Positions 14,092 through 27,910 of a stretch of 64,000 nucleotides of DNA are shown one piece after another. The notes under the pieces are model-generated. The model was not told where the DNA came from. It searched no databases and saw only the letters and a program-made list of their open reading frames with translations. The DNA is from Daphnia carinata (taxonomy: Eukaryota): positions 1,054,001-1,118,000 of the forward strand of contig NC_081334.1 of the NCBI RefSeq assembly GCF_022539665.2, in the 5' to 3' direction. The stretch's first letter is position 1. Each line of letters opens with the position of its first letter. Position numbers and translations under genes: made by a program.

Positions 14092-16921
14092 ATGGCAGCT
14101 GTGTGCAGCCAAAAGATGGCTGTGAGAAATCAGATTCCAAATCCTTTACCTTCCGACAGTTTTGGTTTGCGCTGTGAAAAATATTTTTCCGAACTAAATC
14201 GATGGTAATTGATTGATTTGATTAGTTTCATTAATCTTGATCCATACAGGATGTAGCGTTTGTTTGCATGTCAAAACTTCCAACATAAACACGCTTTTTT
14301 GTGATTCGGTTGGCCATTTATTTTTATCACTACATATTCCAAAGACGTGTAAGAATTAGTCCTTCTTAAGTTACTGTTTTTTTTAAATATTGTTAATTAC
14401 ATTTTCTTCACCTTCAGAAAAGCTTTTTTCTCTGAATGTCATGAGAAGAAGTAAATAAAAAATATTTCTTGGATGTTGCTGAATTTACTTAAGTGGTGAA
14501 CAACAATAATTAACCATGAATTATTATTTCTATAGGGAAGTATGGAGGTCAATATTTCTTGGACAATTTCTCTCAGTTCTCCTGTGCACAAGCGCTGTTA
14601 TAAGCCAGTTACTCTATGCAAATTATGGAGTTGCTGCTCCCACTGGTAATTAGATAGATTTGTAAACAATGTGGTTACTGTCAGCACATTTACACACAAG
14701 ATTCTGTATCAACATTTAACAAATTTCCCCATTTACAGCCCAGTGCTTCCTCAACTATGTCTTGCTATGTTTGGTGTTCACCACAACTTTGGCGTGCCGC
14801 CCAGGAGAAGGTGGACTGCTGAGTGTGTTGCGAAAAAGGGGATTGAAGTATTTCTTTCTTGCAATAGCTGATGTCGAAGCAAACTATTTAGTTGTACATG
14901 CATATCAGTACACTACCTTAAGAAGTGCTCAACTACTAGACTGCTTTGCAATCCCTGCAGTTCTGGTGCTTAGCAGAACTGTTTTGAAAGTCAGATATCA
15001 AATCATTCATGTAATTGGAGTGAAAGTCTGTTTGGTAGGAATATTTTGTCTTGTCTGGGCAATTCCAGATGAAAATAATGAAACAGCAAAAGACAGATTA
15101 ATTGGTAAAGTTGTCATTATTTGTTTTTTTAAATTGACAAGACTAATTGACAATTTAATTACTTTTGATTTTATTAGGTGACTTGATGTGTATAGGTGGA
15201 GCACTGTTGTATGGAATCATAACAATAGCTGAGGAGTATGTTGTCAAGACAATCGATTGCGTTGAATTTTTGGCCATGATTGGTCTCTTTGGTAGTGTAA
15301 TTAATGGGGTGCAATTGTAAGTCTGTTGCTTTTTTATCATATGAAATATTATTTAAATTACAAAAAAAATACTTTCACTAGAGCTGCTTTGGAACATGAA
15401 CAAGTTGCTAGTATTGATTGGTCGGAATGGCGAGTCATCGTGCTACTGGCAGCTTTTACTCTTACCTTGTTTACCTACTACACTATAACACCGACCGTTA
15501 TGAAAATAACAAGTGCAATGGCCGTCAATTTATCTCTTCTCACTGCGGATTTCTACACGCTTGTCATCGGCGTTCTTTTGTTTCAGTTTAAAGTAAGTAA
15601 TATTCGTTCTGTTCTATTCGGGTCCTTAAATTGACACTTTGGACTGATTTTATTTACAGTATGATGTAATGTATGCGCTATCCTATGCGCTGGTGGTTGC
15701 TGGAGTAGTGATTTTCTGCTCACGTTCAGCACCCATTTATTCACAAACTTTTGGTCCAAGGTAAATCTAAAGCATAAACATAAAAGAAATATCTATGATT
15801 TTCTCATCGATTTAACCCAAATAATATTGCATGATTGCCCCTGCATGGCTATTTTTCTCACCCTTTATTATTTTATTGTTTGTAAAAATCCGTGGCATGA
15901 AATTCGGAACTTTACCTCGCATGACTACTCGTGACCCACAGAGTAAGTGACCTAGTAAAACAAAAAGATCCCTTCTCACTAATTCTGCAATCGAGATCAT
16001 AAATATCGTTTTTTATTGGTCATGTCGATCAACTCTAGGTTAACTTTGCCCCGTACCATTACAACAACAACGACAACGACCAATATGAGCTCACACAACT
16101 CAAGCCACGACATGCAATTCAATATGCAAAGCCTCAGTTGTCCACCGCCGCCGCCACCGCCAGTTGTGCGTTCTGGAATGCCCGCTCACACTTCTATATC
16201 CTTACCTGTTTACTGCCATAGTGCTGAGACAACGTATGGCACCTATAGGTACATGGGTTTTTTAAAATTATTATTGTTAGTACCAACCAATCGCTAATGA
16301 ACATTTTAGAAGGAGACGTCCTGGTACTGCAGTGAAAGACAGCGAAGAATATTACCAGGTTAGTTATTATTGACTGTCTCACTTGTCACAGAGAATTTTT
16401 TCGAACCTTTTAAATAATTTGTTAAAAATCTTTCGAACAGGTTACTAGAAACCCAGGACTTCATGGGAGTCAGGTGGAAGAGTTAACGACATCGTTCGAC
16501 GGGCGCGATTCAACTCCAGTCCCTGTAAATACGCGTACGGGGTTGGAGTCGACACCGGCCCCGGAACGAATGCTTTTGGGTGGACGAGAACCATGTCCAC
16601 AACCACTTCCACAGCAACCGCTGCGTCCCCTCCCTTCGCTAGATAGTACTTTTACGCAGACGGTGAAACTGAAACTCCCACCTAGTCCAAATCTAGGAGG
16701 ATCGGGAATGATGCATTCCAACCGAATGCAACAACTTCCTCACTGTACTCTTCCAAGGTCACGCGGACACAAAGAAGTTACTTTCAATCCACAGGCTACG
16801 TTCCAAGTAATCTAACGTTTTTGCATCTAAATTTAGATCTAAAGGATGAGAATAATTATTTTGTCATCGATAGGTCTACAGGAGGCCAAGCGCCTGTTAC
16901 GATGGAGATGAACAACTGTAA
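14092..16921 (+). CDS. SLC35F1/F2-like drug/metabolite transporter with a long low-complexity C-terminal tail
   Basis: Spliced ORF MAAVCSQK...ELNRW|EVWRSIFLGQFLSVLLC...; family motifs ADVEANYLVVHAYQYTTLRSAQLLDCFAIP, GDLMCIGGALLYG, EFLAMIGLFG, SAMAVNLSLLTADFY. Last exon 16874-16921 ends in TAA. Start codon is my best guess. Confidence 0.85.
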
Positions 16922-18282
16922 CACTAGTCAACATAACTGATGCTGAGGCCACCTTACGCAATAAAATGATCATTTTCTCTTCCGCCACTGCCATGACAAT
17001 TTGGGAAAATACGTGTTAACCCTAAAATCGTTTTTCTAAAAAACATTTATAAATAAAAAAAAACTTAGAGAAAGAGAAAAAGAAAGAAAAAAAAGCCTAC
17101 TTGTAAGGACCATTCTGGTTTTTTTACGACCACCTCGGTCTATTTGTTTGCCCATTTTCGTAAACCTCCCGGTACTTATGTCGGTATCATATCCTTGTTC
17201 CACCTGTCTAATCAATTTCAAATTTCTTCCCTATTTGTTGGTGATTAATCAACATTGACTTCCAAATTCATTTGTTCTTAGTTTTCACTACTATATTTCT
17301 GTGAGATTCACAAATTCGAAAAGCGCTCGTGGATGAATTATTGCCCTGCTAATTTGTGCTCGTATCGTATTGCATATTGAAGAGAGCTTTCGTTTAACCT
17401 TATGATTTTCTAGTCAATGTTCTAGTCAGTCTTCACTAAGTTTTTTGCTGCCATATACATTTGTTATCCATTTCTGTAACTAGACCTTTTTTAGGGAATA
17501 ATTAAAAAAAAATGCGCGAATTTCTACAGCTCAACTGCCCAAATTGTTGAAGGAAACCCTTTTTCAAAGGGGGAGCAAATTAAGAATGGATGGAAAGTAT
17601 TCGCATAACATATGGTAAGATATCACATGTGTACGTTGTATTTAAAATCGCTTTTCGTACTATGCAGGGATTTTAGCGACGTGTTTTTCACGTTTGCATT
17701 GATATTGTTTCTTTCCCACCGTTTTCGTCCGTTCTTCGTCAGTTACATGTCGACCTTCTGCTGTGCTATATACGATGCGCAATAGGATGTCGAAATGAGT
17801 GGTGTGCCAGTCACACAGCAGCCAGTCTGGCACATTAACGCTAACGCTGAATGTGCGTTAATGTGCCAGCTAACCTGGAATTTCTCGTGAATATTGTTCT
17901 GCATTAAGAAGTGGTACGTTTCCAAAACTCCATAAAGGTGAAAGAAAGACAGTTATTGTTTAACATTCAGATTGTAATCTGGCTCACAAGTTTATACAAA
18001 CACCTTCCAGAATACCAATTTACAAGGATAATGTCAAAGCTTCTTCCAAAGCAAAATTACTCCAACACCTTGTACTTGCAGCGATGCAACTAGCATCATG
18101 TTAGTTTGATTACATATTTTGCAAGTGAGGCTGACGAACTCCTATACTGAATATTCATTTTGTTTTCCTTTATGTGATTGCCAACAGTTTACTGAGAGAT
18201 ACTACCAATTCTTTTTATTTGAACATTATCCAGGAATTCAATTATGAAGTAGACTATAAATCAAAGGAATCTTTGATAAAAA

Positions 18283-18759
18283 TCACTCCTCATATTTAGG
18301 TGCCTGGCTAGGCTTGAATCCAGCAGGTGAATAAAACTAGAGATAAAGGCAAGTTGCATTACTGTTTTCTAACAAGTACGAGTAGTTTGTTACCTTATAT
18401 TGCTTTTCAGCATATTTTTGCCAGGGTTCTGGGTTGTTCTTCCTGTCCCATGTAACATCAGGGTTTTGGGTTGCCAGACGCAGAGTGTAAAAGGTAGCCA
18501 TTGCAACCCCAGCACCCAAGGAGACAAAGAGTGGAATGAGCTGGGCAAAAATAGCAAAAAAGCGCGTCATTAGATTAAACACATACCTCTTGGAATGCGA
18601 TCAGTTAGTCGTCTACTACTAGAAGTATCATTTTACTAACCAATTTTAATAAAAATTTCGGCATTGGACAAAGCGCTACTATTTATACATATTTACACCA
18701 TATTTAATTATACTCACAGACGGGTGCTTTTTCAGTGATTTCAGCGAAAGCCCTTGCAT
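18283..18759 (-). CDS. NDUFA4: Cytochrome c oxidase subunit NDUFA4 (MLRQ)
   Basis: Three exons giving [91 protein letters not shown] and NPEPW motifs. Confidence 0.93.
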
Positions 18760-19281
18760 CTTGAACGGTTCTTTTAGCAATAGCACAAACTGCACGTAGT
18801 CCCTTAAAATGGGTCTCAAAATGGGGGCGTATGATCAGCAGCCTGCTGTATATTTTTAGCGGCCAAACAATCATTCTTTTTGTTGTACTGCGATACCTAG
18901 AAGAGACATCTGGCGTAATGCAGTCGTCGCTAGATGTCGCGGTCAAAATGTATCGGTTTTCTGTTTTAATTTTTATTTGTCAGCTCTTGTTTTCAGCTAC
19001 TGATTTGGCTTGTTTAATAAATAAAGATGAGCCCAGTACATTGTATTTCGGAGTACTATCCTCCAGCTAAAGGATCCTAGCAACATATGCCGTATTTAAC
19101 TCCAGATCGAATGATTTTGATATGCTTGCTTCACAGCATTGTTCTTATAGCTTTTTTCCTACATAGTTCTGAATTTGTATGGATGCCTTTATAATATGTT
19201 GTAGTTATCCCTATTTGCGAAGGCAAAGTTTCGAGAAAATAATGATGACGAATGATGAATGATGACGAACGATGTATGTAT

Positions 19282-20540
19282 TCATACGTCAACATCTAAT
19301 GTTTCACTTCTGCCACTATTGGATTTTTCGTCATCGACCAGTAATGTCGATGGAACTTTTTCGAATGACATTTGAGGGCTTGTGGAGTATATGGAAGTCC
19401 GTTGAACACCATATTGCGGTAAGCCTAATTGCGCCACTAATGAGGATTCAGACGTGTTACTAGTAGAATCCCCGACTTCACTTAAAAAAAAACGCAACTT
19501 TTTCCCTCCTGGAATGTGGGGATTTCTACATCCTCGGCACCTACCTGTTTTAAAACGCAAATTCAGTATCACGTATGACGAGAAGAAAACTGGAGACGTA
19601 AATATTACAATCTGTGCAGGCTTTTGCTTCCACGTAGCACGGGCATCTCTGGCCACAACACGCTATGTTCAAAGTTATTTTGAAAATTACGTAATTTAAA
19701 AGGGAAAATCGTGCGAACTGCTAATACTAACTTAGTTTCCCAGGCGATGAAGTTGCGTTCCCGCAGCGACACCCTTTTCTCTTAATTTTTGGCTTAGGAT
19801 TTCTTGATTGCTGAAGAAAGAATTTAGCTTTTTTAAAAAATACAACTAGAAATTCTTGTAGCAAACTATATTACCTTTACATCTTTTGGTGCACTGGTTG
19901 CATCTATGGGTAAAGCAGACACCTCTGTATGCAACACAGGTGCTGTTTCAATGACTGGGAGGGTAAGTGATTGATTGGCCCCACAAGAATCAAGATTTTT
20001 TTCAATTAAAACAGAATTGTTTGTTTGTGTTTGAACACTAACAGTAATGTTTTGCATCAATGTGCAAGGAAGTGGAAGTTGTTTAAGTGCTGATTTTGAA
20101 AGGCCAGCATAGCTATTGAACTCATCTTTGAACCCAGCTCCTTCTTCAATGATTTCTGAGAGTCCACTAGTTCCTCCATTTGATTCATTAGCTTTTAACT
20201 TTCGGAAAATTGATGTGCCAACAAGGTATTCATTTAACTTTTTGTAACACTGAAGAAGTATTCTCAATTGCACATTTTCACTGTAGCTGTCATAGCACTT
20301 GCACCAACTACAGGATGGCTTCAGTTTTTTTTTCCTACCTCTACAAGATTTACAAACATGGTGTTGACAAGAACTTTCAGGACTATAAGGCTCAACCAAC
20401 AAGAAGTCACAAACTGTGCATGAGAGTGCTTGTCTCAAGTATGGAAGTAGCCTGTACAAATCATTCCATGATGACTGTTCCTCGGTATTAGCTTGAATCA
20501 CAAGTCTACAGGTGGACACATACAAACTCGTAGCATTCAT
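19282..20540 (-). CDS. MSL2: Male-specific lethal 2 homolog (RING E3 ligase + CXC domain)
   Basis: MNATSLY start, RING (LRQALSCTVC...CQHHVCKSC...KPSCSWC), QLRILLQCYKKL helix. Downstream exons give the CXC domain KGCRCGNATSSPGKLTCCGQRCPCYVEAKACTDCRCRGCRNP. Splicing of the last exon (ending ...ETLDVDV*) is less certain. Confidence 0.88.
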
Positions 20541-21199
20541 ATTAAATACAAAATTTTTGTAGAAAAACCTGATAGTTTTCGACGCTGTTGTTACTTATGG
20601 TATCATTTCTTTAAACTTGGACTTGATAAATAAACTGTCTCGATCCCCGTTGAACGACATAAAAAAAAACCATCGTTCATTACCAATAATAACCAGGGTT
20701 GAAATCGTGGTTTGTAAAAACAAAAAACAAAAATCGTGATCGTCTGTCTGCAACAATACAAAACCGTCGACGCAAACTAGCCGATACAGAAACAGACTTG
20801 GAGAAAAAAGCGCGCACTTAACCGTTTAAAAAGTATTACTAATTCGCGATTTAAATTATAGAAAGCTTTAAATATTGCATCTATTTTAAAAAGTCGAAAA
20901 AAAATTGTACTATTACTGAAATTTATGAATATTTGAAAATCAATGACGAATTTAAAGATCGACTTATAAATCGATTTTATCCCTATTGATGTTTGTTATC
21001 GTATACGTGGTGTTTAACACCTGCTGGTTATTCCATACGAACCAAAATTTTAAGTTTTTTAAAAGAAATAACCAATTGCGAAAAATTCCCATTGATTTTG
21101 TTATATCAAAATGGTGTTTATTTGACATAGAAACCGTTCTGTACAAATAGTCACTAGTCGTTCGTAGTGGATGGAAGTTAAAATTTTATTCACAATAAC

Positions 21200-23127
21200 A
21201 TGCCTTTGAGCAAATCCAGATTGATAGCACATTCCAATCACCCTTCATTTCCTCAAGTTAGCAACCAAATAGAACACAAAAGAATAGTTGATGGGTCCTT
21301 TCCTTCAACAAGGAACCGTAGCCCAAGTTGGGGTAGCTTTTCGTCTCAAAGTATGGAGAGTATCTCAGGGAAAACTACAAAATCTGTGAAAACTTCTGAA
21401 GGAAATATTAAACAAGGATTCTGCAAAATAATTTTTAGAACTTTGCTACTTGTTCTCCTCTATTATTTTTCATCCATTGGACTCACCTTCTACCAAAAAT
21501 GGCTTATGAGGGTAAACAATGTCACATTATTCTTTTTCATTGATTCATATTTTTGTATTTAAATTTTCAGAAACTTCATTATCCATTATCAATTGTGATA
21601 ATTCATTTAGTTGTAAAATTTATGATGGCTGCAAGTTGTCGTATTGTGTGGGAACATTGGACACATTGCAAAAGACCTGTCTTAGCTTGGCAGTCGTATA
21701 CAATTCAGCTTGCCCCGGCTGGAATAGCTTCTGCCCTTGATATCGGACTTTCCAATTGGAGTCTCGAATTTATCACTGTATCTTTGTAAGTAAAATTCCA
21801 AAGTTAACAGAAACAAAACAAAACAAAAACAAATATAAATGTTAATATTACCTGTTCATATTTTACCTAGGTACACAATGTCAAAATCTACTGCCATTAT
21901 ATTCATTATGGGATTTGCTTTGTTTTTTAAATTAGAAAAAAAGGTTTACTTCATGAAGTTTTATATTTAGAATTTCGGTTACTAATGTAATTTCTATCAT
22001 TATTTGCATTTTTCAGCATTGGACTCTTCTTGTGGTTGTTGTAATGATATCAGGTGGTTTAGTCATGTTTACATATCAGGTAATTTTATCTCGCCAACTT
22101 AAGCTAGGGCTTGTGTTTTAAAGATTTTGTCTCAATGCAGGCCACCCAGTTTAATTTAGGAGGATTTTTGATGGTTATGTTTGCATCATTCCTAAGGTTA
22201 GTAGTATTCGCTATTAAAATTGTTTAAATGTTCTTGTTACTATTAAGAATTTCTTTTACATTGAACCTTATTCATTTATGCAATAGTGGGTTGAGATGGA
22301 CGTTATCGCAAATGGTGATGCAAAAATCAGAAATGGGACTTGCAAATCCTATTGATATGATGTACCATATACAGCCATGGATGATAGTCACTTTGCTGCC
22401 ATTTGCAATGGCGTTTGAAGGTATTTGAACCAATACCCGTTTTCTCTTGATCCTTACGTTGTATGTATGCAGCTCCTTGGTGTCTTTAAATTTAAGTCAA
22501 TTTTATAGCAAAAATTTCTTACTTTGATTAATGTTACAACTAACGTTTTCAATGGCAATTTATATTTTAAGGTTTGAGTTTAGCTATGACCAAGGATGTC
22601 TTCCGTTTCATTGACACATACCACTTATTCATAGTTCTTGGAAAAGTTCTAGTGGGGGCAGTTATTGCCTTTTTTATGGAACTTACCGAATACTTGTTAG
22701 TGTCTTATACTTCAAGTTTGACGCTTTCTGTGTCCGGTATCGTCAAGGTATACCGCTTTCTACTAATGTTTACCCAGTGTATCTATGACTAGTGCCAAAC
22801 TATTTGATTATTTGAATTCTTTAGGAGGTGCTGACGCTAACCCTTGCCGTTCTAGTAACCCACGACGAAATGAACTCAATCAACGTTGTCGGCCTAGTTA
22901 TTTGCCTTCTTGGAATAACACTTCATGTAACGCTGAAGGTATACTAGAAATGACAATTTATCTGAATGTTTAAATTGCTGAGCGAATCAAAATTTGTACA
23001 TCAGGCTGTAAGGATTCATTATGAGTCGAAAGCGTCATCCCTGGCATCTCTGAAAATTAAACACACTGATGAAGAAGAACTTCTAATGAACTTGATCATC
23101 TCAGACAACGAAGAAGTTGCACCGTGA
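21200..23127 (+). CDS. SLC35C2: SLC35C2-like nucleotide-sugar transporter family protein
   Basis: [92 protein letters not shown]; about 9 short GT-AG exons; stop TGA at 23125-23127. Confidence 0.88.
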
Positions 23128-23469
23128 TTCAAGAACCGAGTTTCGGAAAAAGCATGTGACTTACCCTAGGATTTTGATCAAGGTCGAGTATGCTTTTGTT
23201 GTGGTCTCGTTGATTCGAAACATCGTGGAACGTTGTGTGTTCAAAGCCTTCAAAATAGAGCGTCACATTGTGTCTGGATAATATTTTTTTGTAGTGTTGC
23301 ATTCAGCTCATGTAAATGAAATTATCTTTTTGTTCACAAACATGAACGGCTATATAATATTCCAGAGAAAAAAAAATATTTATTGTAATACAATACATGG
23401 GTTGCGCATGGCGCGTAAAGTTTCATTCAAGTACAATGTCATTTCATTCATTGGAAGAAAAATTTCTAG

Positions 23470-25136
23470 TTATCGGCGTGCAAAATTCGAGTCCATAGAA
23501 TTCACCGATCTTTGGATATTGAACACATTGGCTTTTATCCTCGCCTCAACAGTAGTATTGGATGTTACGGTGGCTAATTGTTTCCTATAACGTACATTAA
23601 AACGAGATAAATATTATTCGAAACGAAAACCCGAATGATAAATTATTCTAATACTTGACGAATTCCGCTTCCTTCGGTCGGTTGGCGTTAAGTTGGCCCG
23701 CTTCCACCTCTACTTCCTTGCGGTATTTGTCTACCTTAACTTTTCTTTCACTATCTCTTACAACAGCGTGATGCATCATCTCTCTCCGTCGTTTCTCCAT
23801 TTCTTCTTCACTGAGCTTCATTCCACTGTTTCTGTTTCTGGGCACTGCATCACGCTCTGACCGATGTCTAGGCAGTAGACGTGAGTCTTTGAAGCCATCA
23901 CGTACTTCGTGCGAACTTTTTCGATGATCCCGTGGTGTAAACCTTTCTTGTACGTATGCTGAACTAGATTTTGAGACGTCATTCCCCCTTGCGTATTTTT
24001 TATTTTGATTGTAAGTTCTCCTATGCTGGTCCCTTTCATGATCTGCATCACGTGAAGTTCGTTTTCTTTCCTTATGTTTAGCACTTTCGTCTTCGGAACT
24101 AGACGACGAGGAACTGCTGGTGCTGTCTCGTCTCTTTTTTAATTTCAGAAGTTTTTTTGCAATTTTCTCATCAAGACTTTCTTTCTTTTCAGATTTCTTA
24201 AGCTGTTTCAGTTTCAAAGCTAACTTGGAATCCAAATCTGAGCAGTTGGAACTCTCTGAACTGTTTCTTCTTTCTTTTCTTTTATGGCCTTGCTCTTTGG
24301 GGTTAAAGGTTTTCTTGTTGTGAGATGTTAATCTTTGCTGGATAAGCATCTGCTCCCTAAGTAGAGCTTTCCTTTCTTCTTCTTGGCGACGAATATTTAA
24401 AAGTGGATCCTGTATAAAATGTAAAAGAAGTTATAATTTATTTTTTAAATGCCCCTTTTAGGAGAAACATATTCATACTTGTATCATATCTATATGTATC
24501 AGATTCCCTACAGGGCTTTATTATCACCCATTATTATAACATAACATGGTTCCAGAGTAATTTTGGGGGAAAAAAACACATACATTTTGAGACCGGAACA
24601 TAAACTATAAAAACCAAAAGAAGAAAAATAAAAAAATGGAAGCTATATATCACACTATGGTTTTCGAAATTACAATAAAAGCTCAGCTTAGCTCAAATTA
24701 TACTCTTGAAAATACATACTTAAAAGGTTATAGAACCAAAACCCTAATAGAGAAATTTTACAAAATTAATTTTGTTACCTCTTGTACTTTGCGGGCCACA
24801 TCAACCTGAATTCTAGGTACGGAAGATTTTTCTCTTGGTAAAGTTGGTGCAGGTAAGTCTAGGAAATGGGTATTAAAATATAAATAATTCTTATTTTTTT
24901 TTTTTGGAAATATGGTATGGTACTTACCCAAATTCAAGGGTTCGGCCCCACCGAGCTTAAAATGTTCAAATGTTTTATCCACGGCTCGGCCTGTCAAATA
25001 CTCATCAGTATTGACATGGCCAGCTGGCCCAGCGTACATCCAATCAAGTTTACTGTCATAGATATAAAAGATATCCAGTAATATAGAATAACACGTGTTT
25101 TGATACAATTATGAAGTATTACGGTGCATCGTCCAT
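23470..25136 (-). CDS. CWC25: Pre-mRNA splicing factor CWC25-like, apparently lacking the N-terminal region
   Basis: MDDAP|KLDWMYAGPAGHVNTDEYLTGRAVDKTFE, QE|DPLLNIRRQEEERK, Ser/Lys/Arg-rich middle, KLSEEEMEKRRREMM, C-terminus IKANVFNIQRSVNSMDSNFARR*. Confidence 0.82.
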
Positions 25137-25596
25137 GGTGTCAAGTCTTTCAACAGTTGTGTTTTCTTGCTTTAGTACTAGAGTGCTAATTACAACTTCA
25201 AGACGGTAAAATCTTGTCTCCAACAAACAAACAATACAACACCAACAAATTAATTAAACAATGCGACGAAGTGCGAGGTTGCCAAACCGGCAATTTTTTT
25301 TTTGTTTGGATCGGCAGGAAAGGAATCAGCTGTTAGCAGTGTTTACATTTTTTCATAGAAAAAATCGTCGTTTTCTTGTCGTCTTCACGTTTGAGAAACA
25401 CAGACACATGTGGTCTACTATCATGTTTCAGCAATCCAAGTGAATAAACCCTTTATAGTTTATCATAAATAATTTTTCAGAATTAATTTTTGAAATCAAA
25501 ATTTTTGTTAGCCCTTAACATCTTTTACCGTTGACATGATTTATACCGTCTCTCGAACAAAATTTTTATGTATATCGAAGTTCTACGTAAGTTTTA

Positions 25597-27656
25597 TGCA
25601 GCCGCCACTTTTGATGATGACTTCTATAAGAACTACATCATTTAAGCATGGGTTACCTCTTTTAAAAAGTCAATTTAATGGAGCAGTATGGCCAAAGCTT
25701 AAGAGATTTAGAAGCTTTACAAGATATGGAAGACCATCTGAAAAGGCGCCAAAAATTTCTCCACTGCAGGTTTAGTTCTGGTTTTTTGTCCTACAAGAAA
25801 AGCATCTAATGCTGGTTTTCTAGGCTACTTCAATTCTTCAAGCAAATGAGAAAATGCATGAAGTAACAAAGCCTGGCAGTGTCCTTAAGTCGATAGATTG
25901 GAATCAGCTGGCCTCAAACAATCCTCTTGAAGATAGTCTTGCTATTGCACAACTCTGTGATAATCGAAGTATGAGATTGACTTACAATTTTAAATACCTC
26001 TCACATAATTGTATTCAACCTTAGGTTATCTACTTGGGGTATTTGATGGTCATGGAGGCCCTGCATGTGCAAGAGTATTGGCCAAGCGCCTACTATCCTA
26101 CATAGCAGCTTCTCTACCTTCACAGCATGTATCTAGCCTGTTGCTTGAACAAATGACACCTACAACTGAATTCCGTCCGGAAATCGAGTCCTTGTACGCG
26201 CACGAGTTTAACCAGTATCACGCGTCTGTAAGTCACTTGCGCGATACCCTGTCCAACGACGAGTCCCAGTGTAGTATGGATAGCACAGAGCGCGCCCTAC
26301 TGACGGCGTTCGAGGCCATGGACCAACAATTAAGTGAGGAGGCATTAGCTTTTCTCCTTGGGCCCGAAATGAGCGATATTCTTCAACGTGTTCCACGCTG
26401 GGATTGTAAATTACTAAAGAGCGAATCCTACAACATTTTTTAAAAAACAAAATATATGTTACAGGGAAGCCATGGTGGGCTGATGCCTTTCCTAGCCGAG
26501 ATAAAGTTCTTCAGCTCAGCACGTTATCAACAGCAATGAGTGGTGCGGTTGGAACCGTTGCACATATTTCGTCAAACAACTTGGTTATGGCGAACACAGG
26601 CGATTGTCAGGTATGAGCTAACATACGTAAAAATTTTAATATGACAAATTTACGTTTCGTAGACTTTCTTCTCTTTGTTTGGTTTTTTTTTTTGTTGTTT
26701 GTTGTTGTCTTCTGTACTAGGCTGTACTGGGTTATCTTAGTGAAGACGGAACTTGGGGAGCCCGTAAGCTCGGCAAAGAACACACTTCTGAAAATCCGTC
26801 TGAAGTCGAGCGGTTGTACAGTGAGCACCCTCGCAGCGAGCGCGACACTGTGTTAAGAATGGATCGCCTGCTCGGCCAGCTAATGCCCCTAAGAGCCTTT
26901 GGTGATTTTCGCTTCAAGGTACAGATTTAATGAATCCTACTTTGAGATATGTGAAAATTATCCTGGGTCTGTTCTGGTTTCAGTGGCCTCGTCATGTTCT
27001 CGAAAAATGGGTAATCCCTATTCTCGGCGAATCAGCTTTACCACAGAACTATAAAACACCGCCTTACTTGTCAGCCCGACCAGAAATCATCAAGCATACA
27101 CTTAGCCCCCGTGATAAATTTGTCGTCATTGCGTCAGACGGTTTGTGGGATCTCCTGTCTCCAACTCAAGTGGTGCGATTGGTAAGTGATATACACCCAC
27201 TATGTTTTAAGTAAAATATGTTTTCTCCTAGCGTTGTCCTAAACCGCTAACATCATGACCGCCACGCGGAGTATTTTCAAGCTGTTTTTTTGCCTTTGCA
27301 TAAAGGACGATTTTGGTTTTTTTCGAAAACAGGTGGGGGAACATATGTCGGGTAGAGTAGCTCTGGGACCCCTTACTCTTCCGCCGGGGGATGTGACTTT
27401 AGAAGAAATAAATAAGATGTTGCAACAGAGGAGGGAAGGATTATCGAAGAGACCGTTGGATACAAACGCAGCAACGCATTTGATTCGGCATGCGTTAGCT
27501 TCGACAGAAACCGGGTTGGACCCAGATCGCCTCTCGGAGCTCTTGTCCTTACCTGATGATGTCGTTAGGCTCTTCAGAGATGATATCACTATCGTTGTAG
27601 CCTATTTCGACACTGATTACCTTTTGAAATCTCTCCCTCAAAGCAATCAGGAATAG
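25597..27656 (+). CDS. PDP: Mitochondrial pyruvate dehydrogenase phosphatase catalytic subunit (PP2C/PPM family)
   Basis: Basic, transit-peptide-like N-terminus; NQLASNNPLED, GVFDGHGG, ANTGDCQAVLG, RLLGQLMPLRAFGDFRFKW, YKTPPYL, IASDGLWD, DTNAATHLIRHAL, RLFRDDITI. Start could be 25536, 25597 or 25614. Confidence 0.9.
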
Positions 27657-27910
27657 CGCGATTGCCCGTATATAACGTACTTCTTGTGTGTTCCTTCTTA
27701 ATCTCTTAATTATTCACTGTGTCGAAATTTTTAATCAGACCCTAGTCAGTGAAACCTTACTTATAACGTCGATATCTGATCTAAGGTCATTTTGTTGAGT
27801 GTAAATAAAAATAATAAAACATGAATAGATCTGAAGACAAATGATGTAATTGAAGTACGTACGAATTGTTACACTAGTGTATGAGGCAGAGGGGATTAAG
27901 AAACAACTTC

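Noticed and set aside
18575..18640. Strong internal donor (AG|GTATGT, minus strand) in NDUFA4 intron 1 as an alternative first exon
   Set aside because: In-frame stop and no compatible ATG.
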